This document shows positions 36,410-48,945 of a DNA stretch of 64,000 bases, in pieces; position 1 is the first letter of the stretch; each line of letters opens with the position of its first letter. A model generated the notes under the pieces. The model searched no databases, was not told the origin of the DNA, and saw only the letters and a list, made by a program, of their open reading frames with translations. The position numbers and the translations under genes were made by a program. The stretch is from Eledone cirrhosa (lineage: Eukaryota): positions 133,796,001-133,860,000 of the forward strand of contig OZ024743.1 in NCBI GenBank assembly GCA_964016885.1, in the 5' to 3' direction.

Positions 36410-39400
36410 TTGTTGCTTGGTACTTGGTGCATGGTGTTTGGTGCTGGGTGCTTGGTGTTTGGTGCTTGGTGTTTGGTGCTTGGTGCTTGGTGTTTGGTGT
36501 TTGGTGTTTGATGCTTGGTGTTTTATGCTTGGTGCTTGGTGTTTGGTGCTTGGTGTTTGTACTCGGTGCTTGGTGCTTGGTGTTTTGTGCTTGGTTCTTG
36601 GGGTTTGGTGTTTGGTGTTTGGTGCTTGTTGCTTGGTGCTTAGTGCTTGGTGTTTGGTGCTTGGTGCTTGGTGTTTGGTGCTGGCTGCTTGGTGTTTGGT
36701 GCTTGGTGCTTGGTGTTTGGTGTTTGGTGCTTGGTGCTTGGTGTTTGGTGTTTGGTGTTATATGCTTGGTGTTTGGTGCTTGGTGCTTGGTGTTTGGTGT
36801 TTGGTTCTTGATGCTTGGTATTTGGTGCTTGGTGCTTGCTGCTTGGTGTTTGGTGCTTGGTGATTGATGCTTGGTGTTTGGTGCTTGGTGCTTGGTGTTT
36901 GGTTTTTGGTGCTAGGTGCTTGGTGCTTGGTGTTTGGTGCTTGGTGTTTGGTGTTTGGTGCTTGGTGCTTGGTGTTTGGTACTTGGTGCTTGGTGCTTGG
37001 TGTTTGTTGCTTGGTGCTTGGTGTTTGGTGTTTGGTGTTTGGTGCTTGGTGCTTGGTGTTTGGTGCTTGGTGCTTGGTGCTGGGTGGTTGGTGTTTGGTG
37101 CTTGGTGCTTGGTGTTTCGTGCTAGGTGCATGGTGCTTGGTGTTTGGTGCTTGGTGCTTGGTGCTTGGTCTTTGGTGTTTGGTGTTTAGTGCTTGGTGCT
37201 TGGTGCTTGGTGCTTGGTCCTTGGTTTTTGGTGCTTGGTGCTTGGTGTTTGGTGTTTGGTGCTTGGTGCTTGGTGCTTCGTGTTTGGTGTTTGGTGCTTG
37301 GTGTCTGGAGCTTGGTGTTTGGTGTTTGGTGCTTGGTGTTTGGTGTTTGGTGCTTGGTGCTTGGTGTTTGGTGCTTGGTGCTTGGTGTTTGTACTTGGTG
37401 CTTGGTGCTTGGTGTTTGGTGCTTGGTTGTTGGTGTTTGGTGCTTGGTGTTTGGAGCTTGGTGCTTGGTGTTTGGTGCTTGGTGCTTGGTGTTTGTACTT
37501 GGTGCTTGGTGCTTGGTGTTTGGTGCTTGGTTCTTGGTGTTTGGTGCTTGGTGTTTGGAGCTTGGTGCTTGGTGTTTGGTGCTTGGTGCTTGGTGTTTGG
37601 TGTTTGGTGCTTGGTGCTTGGTGTTTGGTGTTTGGTGCTTGGTGTTTGGTGTTTGGTGCTTGGTGCTTGGTGTTTGTTGCTTGGTACTTGGTGCATGGTG
37701 TTTGGTGCTGGGTGCTTGGTGTTTGGTGCTTGGTGTTTGGTGCTTGGTGCTTGGTGTTTGGTGTTTGGTGTTTGATGCTTGGTGTTTTATGCTTGGTGCT
37801 TGGTGTTTGGTGCTTGGTGTTTGTACTTGGTGCTTGGTGCTTGGTGTTTTGTGCTTGGTTCTTGGTGTTTGGTGTTTGGTGCTTGGTACTTGGTGCTTGG
37901 TGTTAGGTGTTTGGTGCTTGGTGCTTGGTGTTTGGTGTTCGGTCCTTGGTGCTTGGTGCTTGGTGTTTAGTGCTTGGTGCTTGGTGTTTGTTGTTTGGTG
38001 CTTTCTGTTTGCTGCTTGGTGTTTGCTGCTTGGTGCTTGGTGCTTGGTGTTTGGTGTTTGGTGCTAGGTGCTTGGTGTTTGGTGTTTGGTGTTTGATGCT
38101 TGGTGTTTGGTGCTTGGTGTTTGGTGCTTGGTGCTTGGGGCTTGGTGTTTGGTGCTTGGTGCTTGGTGCTTGGTGTTTGGTGCTTGGTGCTTGGTGTTTG
38201 GTGTTTGGTGTTTGGTGCTTGGTGCTTGGTGTTTGGTGCTTGGTGCTTGGTGCTGGGTGGTTGGTATTTGGTGATTGGTGCTTGGTGCTTGGTGTTTGGT
38301 GCTTGGTGCTTGGTGCTTGGTCTTTGGTGCTTGGTGTTTGGTGTTTGGTGCTTGGTGCTTTGTGTTTGGTGCTTGGTGATTAGTGTTTGGTGCTTGGTAC
38401 TTGGTGTTTGTTGCTTGGTACTTGGTGCATGGTGTTTGGTGCTGGGTGCTTGGTGTTTGGTGCTTGGTGTTTGGTGCTTGGTGCTTGGTGTTTGGTGTTT
38501 GGTGTTTGATGCTTGGTGTTTTATGCTTGGTGCTTGGTGTTTGGTGCTTGGTGTTTGTACTCGGTGCTTGGTGCTTGGTGTTTTGTGCTTGGTTCTTGGG
38601 GTTTGGTGTTTGGTGTTTGGTGTTTGGTGCTTGTTGCTTGGTGCTTGGTGCTTGGTGTTTGGTGCTTGGTGCTTGGTGTTTGGTGCTGGGTGCTTGGTGT
38701 TTGGTGCTTGGTGCTTGGTGTTTGGTGTTTGGTGCTTGGTGCTTGGTGTTTGGTGTTTGGTGTTATATGCTTGGTGTTTGGTGCTTGGTGCTTGGTGTTT
38801 GGTGTTTGGTTCTTGATGCTTGGTATTTGGTGCTTGGTGCTTGCTGCTTGGTGTTTGGTGCTTGGTGATTGATGCTTGGTGTTTGGTGCTTGGTGCTTGG
38901 TGTTTGGTTTTTGGTGCTAGGTGCTTGGTGCTTGGTGTTTGTTGCTTGGTGTTTGGTGTTTGGTGCTTGGTGCTTGGTGTTTGGTACTTGGTGCTTGGTG
39001 CTTGGTGTTTGTTGCTTGGTGCTTGGTGTTTGGTGTTTGGTGTTTGGTGCTTTGTGCTTGGTGTTTGGTGCTTGGTGCTTGGTGCTGGGTGGTTGGTGTT
39101 TGGTGCTTGGTGCTTGGTGTTTCGTGCTAGGTGCATGGTGCTTGGTGTTTGGTGCTTGGTGCTTGGTGCTTGGTCTTTGGTGTTTGGTGTTTAGTGCTTG
39201 GTGCTTGGTGCTTGGTGCTTGGTCCTTGGTTTTTGGTGCTTGGTGCTTGGTGTTTGGTGTTTGGTGCTTGGTGCTTGGTGCTTCGTGTTTGGTGTTTGGT
39301 GCTTGGTGTCTGGAGCTTGGTGTTTGGTGTTTGGTGCTTGGTGTTTGGTGTTTGGTGCTTGGTGCTTGGTGTTTGGTGCTTGGTGCTTGGTGTTTGTACT

Positions 39401-42400
39401 TGGTGCTTGGTGCTTGGTGTTTGGTGCTTGGTTGTTGGTGTTTGGTGCTTGGTGTTTGGAGCTTGGTGCTTGGTGTTTGGTGCTTGGTGCATGGTGTTTG
39501 TACTTGGTGCTTGGTGCTTGGTGTTTGGTGCTTGGTTCTTGGTGTTTGGTGCTTGGTGTTTGGAGCTTGGTGCTTGGTGTTTGGTGCTTGGTGCTTGGTG
39601 TTTGGTGTTTGGTGCTTGGTGCTTGGTGTTTGGTGTTTGGTGCTTGGTGTTTGGTGTTTGGTGCTTGGTGCTTGGTGTTTGTTGCTTGGTACTTGGTGCA
39701 TGGTGTTTGGTGCTGGGTGCTTGGTGTTTGGTGCTTGGTGTTTGGTGCTTGGTGCTTGGTGTTTGGTGTTTGGTGTTTGATGCTTGGTGTTTTATGCTTG
39801 GTGCTTGGTGTTTGGTGCTTGGTGTTTGTACTTGGTGCTTGGTGCTTGGTGTTTTGTGCTTGGTTCTTGGTGTTTGGTGTTTGGTGCTTGGTACTTGGTG
39901 CTTGGTGTTAGGTGTTTGGTGCTTGGTGCTTGGTGTTTGGTGTTCGGTCCTTGGTGCTTGGTGCTTGGTGTTTAGTGCTTGGTGCTTGGTGTTTGTTGTT
40001 TGGTGCTTTCTGTTTGCTGCTTGGTGTTTGCTGCTTGGTGCTTGGTGCTTGGTGTTTGGTGTTTGGTGCTAGGTGCTTGGTGTTTGGTGTTTGGTGTTTG
40101 ATGCTTGGTGTTTGGTGCTTGGTGTTTGGTGCTTGGTGCTTGGGGCTTGGTGTTTGGTGCTTGGTGCTTGGTGCTTGGTGTTTGGTGCTTGGTGCTTGGT
40201 GTTTGGTGTTTGGTGTTTGGTGCTTGGTGCTTGGTGTTTGGTGCTTGGTGCTTGGTGCTGGGTGGTTGGTATTTGGTGATTGGTGCTTGGTGCTTGGTGT
40301 TTGGTGCTTGGTGCTTGGTGCTTGGTCTTTGGTGCTTGGTGTTTGGTGTTTGGTGCTTGGTGCTTTGTGTTTGGTGCTTGGTGATTAGTGTTTGGTGCTT
40401 GGTACTTGGTGTTTGTTGCTTGGTACTTGGTGCATGGTGTTTGGTGCTGGGTGCTTGGTGTTTGGTGCTTGGTGTTTGGTGCTTGGTGCTTGGTGTTTGG
40501 TGTTTGGTGTTTGATGCTTGGTGTTTTATGCTTGGTGCTTGGTGTTTGGTGCTTGGTGTTTGTACTCGGTGCTTGGTGCTTGGTGTTTTGTGCTTGGTTC
40601 TTGGGGTTTGGTGTTTGGTGTTTGGTGTTTGGTGCTTGTTGCTTGGTGCTTGGTGCTTGGTGTTTGGTGCTTGGTGCTTGGTGTTTGGTGCTGGGTGCTT
40701 GGTGTTTGGTGCTTGGTGCTTGGTGTTTGGTGTTTGGTGCTTGGTGCTTGGTGTTTGGTGTTTGGTGTTATATGCTTGGTGTTTGGTGCTTGGTGCTTGG
40801 TGTTTGGTGTTTGGTTCTTGATGCTTGGTATTTGGTGCTTGGTGCTTGCTGCTTGGTGTTTGGTGCTTGGTGATTGATGCTTGGTGTTTGGTGCTTGGTG
40901 CTTGGTGTTTGGTTTTTGGTGCTAGGTGCTTGGTGCTTGGTGTTTGGTGCTTGGTGTTTGGTGTTTGGTGCTTGGTGCTTGGTGTTTGGTACTTGGTGCT
41001 TGGTGCTTGGTGTTTGTTGCTTGGTGCTTGGTGTTTGGTGTTTGGTGTTTGGTGCTTGGTGCTTGGTGTTTGGTGCTTGGTGCTTGGTGCTGGGTGGTTG
41101 GTGTTTGGTGCTTGGTGCTTGGTGTTTCGTGCTAGGTGCATGGTGCTTGGTGTTTGGTGCTTGGTGCTTGGTGCTTGGTCTTTGGTGTTTGGTGTTTAGT
41201 GCTTGGTGCTTGGTGCTTGGTGCTTGGTCCTTGGTTTTTGGTGCTTGGTGCTTGGTGTTTGGTGTTTGGTGCTTGGTGCTTGGTGCTTCGTGTTTGGTGT
41301 TTGGTGCTTGGTGTCTGGAGCTTGGTGTTTGGTGTTTGGTGCTTGGTGTTTGGTGTTTGGTGCTTGGTGCTTGGTGTTTGGTGCTTGGTGCTTGGTGTTT
41401 GTACTTGGTGCTTGGTGCTTGGTGTTTGGTGCTTGGTTGTTGGTGTTTGGTGCTTGGTGTTTGGAGCTTGGTGCTTGGTGTTTGGTGCTTGGTGCTTGGT
41501 GTTTGTACTTGGTGCTTGGTGCTTGGTGTTTGGTGCTTGGTTCTTGGTGTTTGGTGCTTGGTGTTTGGAGCTTGGTGCTTGGTGTTTGGTGCTTGGTGCT
41601 TGGTGTTTGGTGTTTGGTGCTTGGTGCTTGGTGTTTGGTGTTTGGTGCTTGGTGTTTGGTGTTTGGTGCTTGGTGCTTGGTGTTTGTTGCTTGGTACTTG
41701 GTGCATGGTGTTTGGTGCTGGGTGCTTGGTGTTTGGTGCTTGGTGTTTGGTGCTTGGTGCTTGGTGTTTGGTGTTTGGTGTTTGATGCTTGGTGTTTTAT
41801 GCTTGGTTCTTGGTGTTTGGTGCTTGGTGTTTGTACTTGGTGCTTGGTGCTTGGTGTTTTGTGCTTGGTTCTTGGTGTTTGGTGTTTGGTGCTTGGTACT
41901 TGGTGCTTGGTGTTAGGTGTTTGGTGCTTGGTGCTTGGTGTTTGGTGTTCGGTCCTTGGTGCTTGGTGCTTGGTGTTTAGTGCTTGGTGCTTGGTGTTTG
42001 TTGTTTGGTGCTTTCTGTTTGCTGCTTGGTGTTTGCTGCTTGGTGCTTGGTGCTTGGTGTTTGGTGTTTGGTGCTAGGTGCTTGGTGTTTGGTGTTTGGT
42101 GTTTGATGCTTGGTGTTTGGTGCTTGGTGTTTGGTGCTTGGTGCTTGGGGCTTGGTGTTTGGTGCTTGGTGCTTGGTGTTTGGTGTTTGGTGCTTGGTGC
42201 TTGGTGTTTGGTGTTTGGTGTTTGGTGCTTGGTGCTTGGTGTTTGGTGCTTGGTGCTTGGTGCTGGGTGGTTGGTATTTGGTGATTGGTGCTTGGTGCTT
42301 GGTGTTTGGTGCTTGGTGCTTGGTGCTTGGTCTTTGGTGCTTGGTGTTTGGTGTTTGGTGCTTGGTGCTTTGTGTTTGGTGCTTGGTGATTAGTGTTTGG

Positions 42401-42405
42401 TGCTT
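36410..42405 (+). repeat. Three tandem copies of a 2005-bp higher-order repeat; boundaries approximate
   Basis: ORFs at 36864/38869/40874, 37126/39131/41136 and 37779/39784/41789. 2005 = 287x7 - 4, and each unit holds four TTGTAC hexamers (~37391, 37495, 37823, 38557). Confidence 0.95.
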
Positions 42406-43265
42406 GGTACTTGGTGTTTGGTGCTTGGTGTTTGGTGTTTGCTGTTTGGTGTTTGGTGTTTGGTGTTTGCTGTTTGGTGTCTGCTTTTTGGTGTTTGGTG
42501 TTTGCTGTATGGTGTTTGCTGTTTCGTGTTTGGTGTTTGCTGTTTGGTGTTTGGTGTTTGCTGTTTGGTGTTTGGTCTTTGGTGCTTGGTCTTTGGTGCT
42601 TGGTGCTTGGTGTTTGGTGTTTGGTGCTTGGTGCTTGGTGCTTGGTGTTTGGTGCTTGGTGTCTGGTGTTTGGTGTCTGGTGCTTGGTGTTTGGTGTTTG
42701 GTGTTTGGTGCTTGGTGTTTGGTGTTTGGTGTTTGGTGTTTGGTGCTTGTTGCTTGGTGCTTGGTGCTTGGTGTTTGGTGCTTGGTGCTTGGTGTTTGGT
42801 GTTCGGTCCTTGGTGCTTGGTGCTTGGTGTTTAGTGCTTGGTGCTTGGTGTTTGTTGTTTGGTGCTTTCTGTTTGCTGCTTGGTGTTTGCTGCTTGGTGC
42901 TTGGTGCTTGGTGTTTGGTGTTTGGTGCTAGGTGCTTGGTGTTTGGTGTTTGGTGTTTGATGCTTGGTGTTTGGTGCTTGGTGTTTGGTGCTTGGTGCTT
43001 GGGGCTTGGTGTTTGGTGCTTGGTGCTTGGTGCTTGGTGTTTGGTGCTTGGTGCTTGGTGTTTGGTGTTTGGTGTTTGGTGCTTGGTGCTTGGTGTTTGG
43101 TGCTTGGTGCTTGGTGCTGGGTGGTTGGTATTTGGTGATTGGTGCTTGGTGCTTGGTGTTTGGTGCTTGGTGCTTGGTGCTTGGTCTTTGGTGCTTGGTG
43201 TTTGGTGTTTGGTGCTTGGTGCTTTGTGTTTGGTGCTTGGTGATTAGTGTTTGGTGCTTGGTACT
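41930..43265 (+). repeat. Direct repeat of a ~470 bp block at offset 854 bp (122 monomers)
   Basis: TTCGGTCC marker at 41948 and 42802. ORFs 42078/42932 and 42110/42964 share this offset. The arrangement recurs at 54614/55468 in the second 12.5-kb copy. Confidence 0.88.
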
Positions 43266-46200
43266 TGGTGTTTGTTGCTTGGTACTTGGTGCATGGTGTT
43301 TGGTGCTGGGTGCTTGGTGTTTGGTGCTTGGTGTTTGGTGCTTGGTGCTTGGTGTTTGGTGTTTGGTGTTTGATGCTTGGTGTTTTATGCTTGGTGCTTG
43401 GTGTTTGGTGCTTGGTGTTTGTACTCGGTGCTTGGTGCTTGGTGTTTTGTGCTTGGTTCTTGGGGTTTGGTGTTTGGTGTTTGGTGTTTGGTGCTTGTTG
43501 CTTGGTGCTTGGTGCTTGGTGTTTGGTGCTTGGTGCTTGGTGTTTGGTGCTGGGTGCTTGGTGTTTGGTGCTTGGTGCTTGGTGTTTGGTGTTTGGTGCT
43601 TGGTGCTTGGTGTTTGGTGTTTGGTTCTTGATGCTTGGTATTTGGTGCTTGGTGCTTGCTGCTTGGTGTTTGGTGCTTGGTGCTTGGTGTTTGGTGTTTC
43701 CTGTTTGCTGTTTGGTGTTTGGTGTTTGGTGTTTGCTGTTTGGTGTCTGCTTTTTGGTGTTTGGTGTTTGCTGTATGTTATTTGCTGTTTTGTGTTTGGT
43801 GTTTGGTGTTTGGTGCTTGGTGCTTGGTGTTTGGTGCTTGGGGCTTGGTGTTTGGTGCCTGGTGCTTGGGGCTTGGTGTTTGGTGTTTGGTGCTTGGTGC
43901 TTGGAGTTTGGTGTTTGGTGCTTGGTGCTTGGTGTTTTGTGTTTGGTGTTTGGTTTTTGGTGATTGGTGCTTGGTGCTTGGTGCTTGGTCCTTGGTGTTT
44001 GGTGCTTGGTGCTTGGTGTTTGTACTTGGTGCTTGGTGCTTGGTGTTTGGTTCTTGGTTCCTGGTGTTTGGTACTTGGTGCTTGGTGCTTGGTGTTTGGT
44101 GCTTGGTGCTTGGTGTTTGGTGTTTGGTGTTTGGTGCTTGGTGCTTGGTGTTTGGTGCTTGGTGCTTGGTGCTGGGTGGTTGGTATTTGGTGCTTGGTGC
44201 TTGGTGTTTGGTGCTTGGTGTTTGGTGCTTGGTGTTTGGTGCTTGGTGCTTGGTGCTTGGTCTTTGGTGCTTGGTGTTTGGTGTTTGGTGCTTGGTGCTT
44301 TGTGTTTGGTGCTTGGTGATTAGTGTTTGGTGCTTGGTACTTGGTGTTTGGTGCTTGGTGTTTGGTGTTTGCTGTTTGGTGTTTGGTGTTTGGTGTTTGC
44401 TGTTTGGTGTCTGCTTTTTGGTGTTTGGTGTTTGCTGTATGGTGTTTGCTGTTTCGTGTTTGGTGTTTGCTGTTTGGTGTTTGGTGTTTGCTGTTTGGTG
44501 TTTGGTCTTTGGTGCTTGGTGTTTGGTGCTTGGTGCTTGGTGTTTGGTGTTTGGTGCTTGGTGTTTGGTGTTTGGTGCTTGGTGCTTGGTGCTTGGTGTT
44601 TGGTGCTTGGTGTCTGGTGCTTGGTGTCTGGTGCTTGGTGTTTGGTGTTTGGTGTTTGGTGCTTGGTGTTTGGTGTTTGGTGCTTGTTGCTTGGTGCTTG
44701 GTGCTTGGTGTTTGGTGCTTGGTACTTGGTGTTTGGTGCTGGGTGCTTGGTGTTTGGTGCTTGGTGCTTGGTGTTTGGTGTTTGGTGCTTGGTGCTTGGT
44801 GTTTGGTGTTTGGTGTTATATGCTTGGTGTTTCGTGCTAGGTGCATGGTGCTTGGTGTTTGGTGCTTGGTGCTTGGTGCTTGGTCTTTGGTGTTTGGTGT
44901 TTAGTGCTTGGTGCTTGGTGCTTGGTGCTTGGTGCTTGGTGCTTGGTCCTTGGTGTTTGGTGCTTGGTGCTTGGTGTTTGGTGTTTGGTGCTTGGTGCTT
45001 GGTGCTTCGTGTTTGGTGTTTGGTGCTTGGTGTCTGGAGCTTGGTGTTTGGTGTTTGGTTCTTGGTGTTTGGTGTTTGGTGCTTGGTGCTTGGTGTTTGG
45101 TGCTTGGTGCTTGGTGTTTGTACTTGGTGCTTGGTGCTTGGTGTTTGGTGCTTGGTTCTTGGTGTTTGGTGCTTGGTGTTTGGAGCTTGGTGCTTGGTGT
45201 TTGGTGCTTGGTGCTTGGTGTTTGTACTTGGTGCTTGGTGCTTGGTGTTTGGTGCTTGGTTCTTGGTGTTTGGTGCTTGGTGTTTGGAGCTTGGTGCTTG
45301 GTGTTTGGTGCTTGGTGCTTGGTGTTTGGTGTTTGGTGCTTGGTGCTTGGTGTTTGGTGTTTGGTGCTTGGTGTTTGGTGTTTGGTGTTTGGTGCTTGGT
45401 GCTTGGTGTTTGTTGCTTGGTACTTGGTGCATGGTGTTTGGTGTTGGGTGCTTGGTGTTTTGTGCTTGGTTCTTGGTGTTTGGTGTTTGGTGCTTGGTAC
45501 TTGGTGTCTGGAGCTTGGTGTTTGGTGTTTGGTGCTTGGTGTTTGGTGCTTGGTGCTTGGTGTTTGGTGTTTGGTGTTTGATGCTTGGTGTTTTATGCTT
45601 GGTTCTTGGTGTTTGGTGTTTGGTGCTTGGTACTTGGTGCTTGGTGTTTGGTGCTTGGTGCTTGGTGTTTGGTGTTTGGTGCCTGGTGCTTGGTGTTTGG
45701 TGTTTGGTGCTTGGTGTTTGGTGTTTGGTGCTTGGTGCTTGGTGTTTGTTGCTTGGTACTTGGTGCATGGTGTTTGGTGCTGGGTGCTTGGTGTTTGGTG
45801 CTTGGTGTTTGGTGCTTGGTGCTTGGTGTTTGGTGTTTGGTGTTTGACGCTTGGTGTTTTATGCTTGGTGCTTGGTGTTTGGTGCTTGGTGTTTGTACTT
45901 GGTGCTTGGTGCTTGGTGTTTTGTGCTTGGTTCTTGGGGTTTGGTGTTTGGTGCTTGGTACTTGGTGCTTGGTGTTAGGTGTTTGGTGCTTGGTGCTTGG
46001 TGTTTGGTGTTTGGTCCTTGGTGCTTGGTGCTTGGTGTTTAGTGCTTGGTGCTTGGTGTTTGTTGTTTGGTGCTTTCTGTTTGCTGCTTGGTCTTTGCTG
46101 CTTGGTGCTTGGTGCTTGGTGTTTGGTGTTTGGTGCTAGGTGCTTGGTGTTTGGTGTTTGGTGTTTGATGCTTGGTGTTTGGTGCTTGGTGTTTGGTGCT

Positions 46201-48945
46201 TGGTGCTTGGGGCTTGGTGTTTGGTGCTTGGTGCTTGGTGCTTGGTGTTTGTTGCTTGGTGCTTGGTGTTTGGTGTTTGGTGTTTGGTGCTTGGTGCTTG
46301 GTGTTTGGTGCTTGGTGCTTGGTGCTGGGTGGTTGGTATTTGGTGCTTGGTGCTTGGTGTTTGGTGCTTGGTGCTTGGTGCTTGGTGTTTGGTGCTTGGT
46401 GCTTGGTGCTTGGTCTTTGGTGCTTGGTGTTTGGTGTTTGGTGCTTGGTGCTTTGTGTTTGGTGCTTGGTGATTAGTGTTTGGTGCTTGGTACTTGGTGT
46501 TTGGTGCTTGGTGTTTGGTGTTTGCTGTTTGGTGTTTGGTGTTTGGTGTTTGATGTTTGGTGTCTGCTTTTTGGTGTTTGGTGTTTGCTGTATGTTATTT
46601 GCTGTTTGGTGTTTGGTGTTTGGTGTTTGGTGCTTGGTGCTTGGTGTTTGGTGCTTGGTGCTTGGTGTTTGGTGCCTGGTGCTTGGGGCTTGCTGTTTGG
46701 TGTTTGGTGCTTGGTGCTTGGAGTTTGGTGTTTGGTGCTTGGTGCTTGGTGTTTTGTGTTTGGTGTTTGGTTTTTGGTGCTTGGTGCTTGGTGCTTGGTG
46801 CTTGGTCCTTGGTGTTTGGTGCTTGGTGCTTGGTGTTTGTACTTGGTGCTTGGTGCTTGGTGTTTGGTTCTGGGTTCCTGGTGTTTGGTACTTGGTGCTT
46901 GGTGCTTGGTGTTTGGTGCTTGGTGCTTGGTGTTTGGTGTTTGGTGTTTGGTGCTTGGTGCTTGGTGTTTGGTGCTTGGTGCTTGGTGCTGGGTGGTTGG
47001 TATTTGGTGCTTGGTGCTTGGTGTTTGGTGCTTGGTGCTTGGTGCTTGGTGTTTGGTGCTTGGTGCTTGGTGCTTGGTCTTTGGTGCTTGGTGTTTGGTG
47101 TTTGGTGCTTGGTGCTTTGTGTTTGGTGCTTGGTGATTAGTGTTTGGTGCTTGGTACTTGGTGTTTGGTGCTTGGTGTTTGGTGTTTGCTGTTTGGTGTT
47201 TGGTGTTTGGTGTTTGCTGTTTGGTGTCTGATTTTGGTGTTTGGTGTTTGCTGTATGGTGTTTGCTGTTTCGTGTTTGGTGTTTGCTGTTTGGTGTTTGG
47301 TGTTTGCTGTTTGGTGTTTGGTCTTTGGTGCTTGGTGTTTGGTGCTTGGTGCTTGGTGTTTGGTGTTTGGTGCTTGGTGTTTGGTGTTTGGTGCTTCGTG
47401 CTTGGTGCTTGGTGTTTGGTGCTTGGTGTCTGGTGCTTGGTGTCTGGTGCTTGGTGTTTGGTGTTTGGTGTTTGGCGCTTGGTGTTTGGTGTTTGGTGCT
47501 TGTTGCTTGGTGCTTGGTGCTTGGTGTTTGGTGCTTGGTGCTTGGTGTTTGGTGCTGGGTGCTTGGTGTTTGGTGCTTGGTGCTTGGTGTTTGGTGTTTG
47601 GTGCTTGGTGCTTGGTGTTTGGTGTTTGGTGTTATATGCTTGGTGTTTGGTGCTTGGTGCTTGGTGTTTGGTGTTTGGTTCTTGATGCTTGGTATTTGGT
47701 GCTTGGTGCTTGCTGCTTGGTGTTTGGTGCTTGGTGATTGATGCTTGGTGTTTGGTGCTTGGTGCTTGGTGTTTGGTTTTTGGTGCTAGGTGCTTGGTGC
47801 TTGGTGTTTGGTGCTTGGTGTTTGGTGTTTGGTGCTTGGTGCTTGGTGTTTGGTACTTGGTGCTTGGTGCTTGGTGTTTGGTGCTTGGTGCTTGGTGTTT
47901 GGTGTTTGGTGTTTGGTGCTTGGTGCTTGGTGTTTGGTGCTTGGTGCTGGGTGGTTGGTGTTTGGTGCTTGGTGCTTGGTGTTTCGTGCTAGGTGCATGG
48001 TGCTTGGTGTTTGGTGCTTGGTGCTTGGTGCTTGGTCTTTGGTGTTTGGTGTTTAGTGCTTGGTGCTTGGTGCTTGGTGCTTGGTCCTTGGTGTTTGGTG
48101 CTTGGTGCTTGGTGTTTGGTGTTTGGTGCTTGGTGCTTGGTGCTTCGTGTTTGGTGTTTGGTGCTTGGTGTCTGGAGCTTGGTGTTTGGTGTTTGGTGCT
48201 TGGTGTTTGGTGTTTGGTGCTTGGTGCTTGGTGTTTGGTGCTTGGTGCTTGGTGTTTGTACTTGGTGCTTGGTGCTTGGTGTTTGGTGCTTGGTTCTTGG
48301 TGTTTGGTGCTTGGTGTTTGGAGCTTGGTGCTTGGTGTTTGGTGCATGGTGCTTGGTGTTTGTACTTGGTGCTTGGTGCTTGGTGTTTGGTGCTTGGTTC
48401 TTGGTGTTTGGTGCTTGGTGTTTGGAGCTTGGTGCTTGGTGTTTGGTGCTTGGTGCGTGGTGTTTGGTGTTTGGTGCTTGGTGCTTGGTGTTTGGTGTTT
48501 GGTGCTTGGTGTTTGGTGTTTGGTGTTTTGTGCTTGGTGCTTGGTGTTTGTTGCTTGGTACTTGGTGCATGGTGTTTGGTGCTGGGTGCTTGGTGTTTTG
48601 TGCTTGGTTCTTGGTGTTTGGTGTTTGGTGCTTGGTACTTGGTGTCTGGAGCTTGGTGTTTGGTGTTTGGTGCTTGGTGTTTGGTGCTTGGTGCTTGGTG
48701 TTTGGTGTTTGGTGTTTGATGCTTGGTGTTTTATGCTTGGTGCTTGGTGTTTGGTGCTTGGTGTTTGTATTTTGTGCTTGGTGCTTGGTGTTTTGTGCTT
48801 GGTTCTTGGTGTTTGGTGTTTGGTGCTTGGTACTTGGTGCTTGGTGTTTGGTGCTTGGTGCTTGGTGTTTGGTGTTTGGTGCCTGGTGCTTGGTGTTTGG
48901 TGTTTGGTGCTTGGTGTTTGGTGTTTGGTGCTTGGTGCTTGGTGT

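Noticed and set aside
33937-36432. 831-aa minus-strand ORF (also 10305-12608, 42831-44846, 46473-48968, 61391-63433) resembling a mucin or an RNA polymerase II CTD-like heptad protein
   Set aside because: Length follows from the scarcity of A on the plus strand, which makes minus-strand stops rare. The 7-aa period is the arithmetic result of a 7-bp monomer, it does not match YSPTSPS, and there is no non-repetitive terminus.
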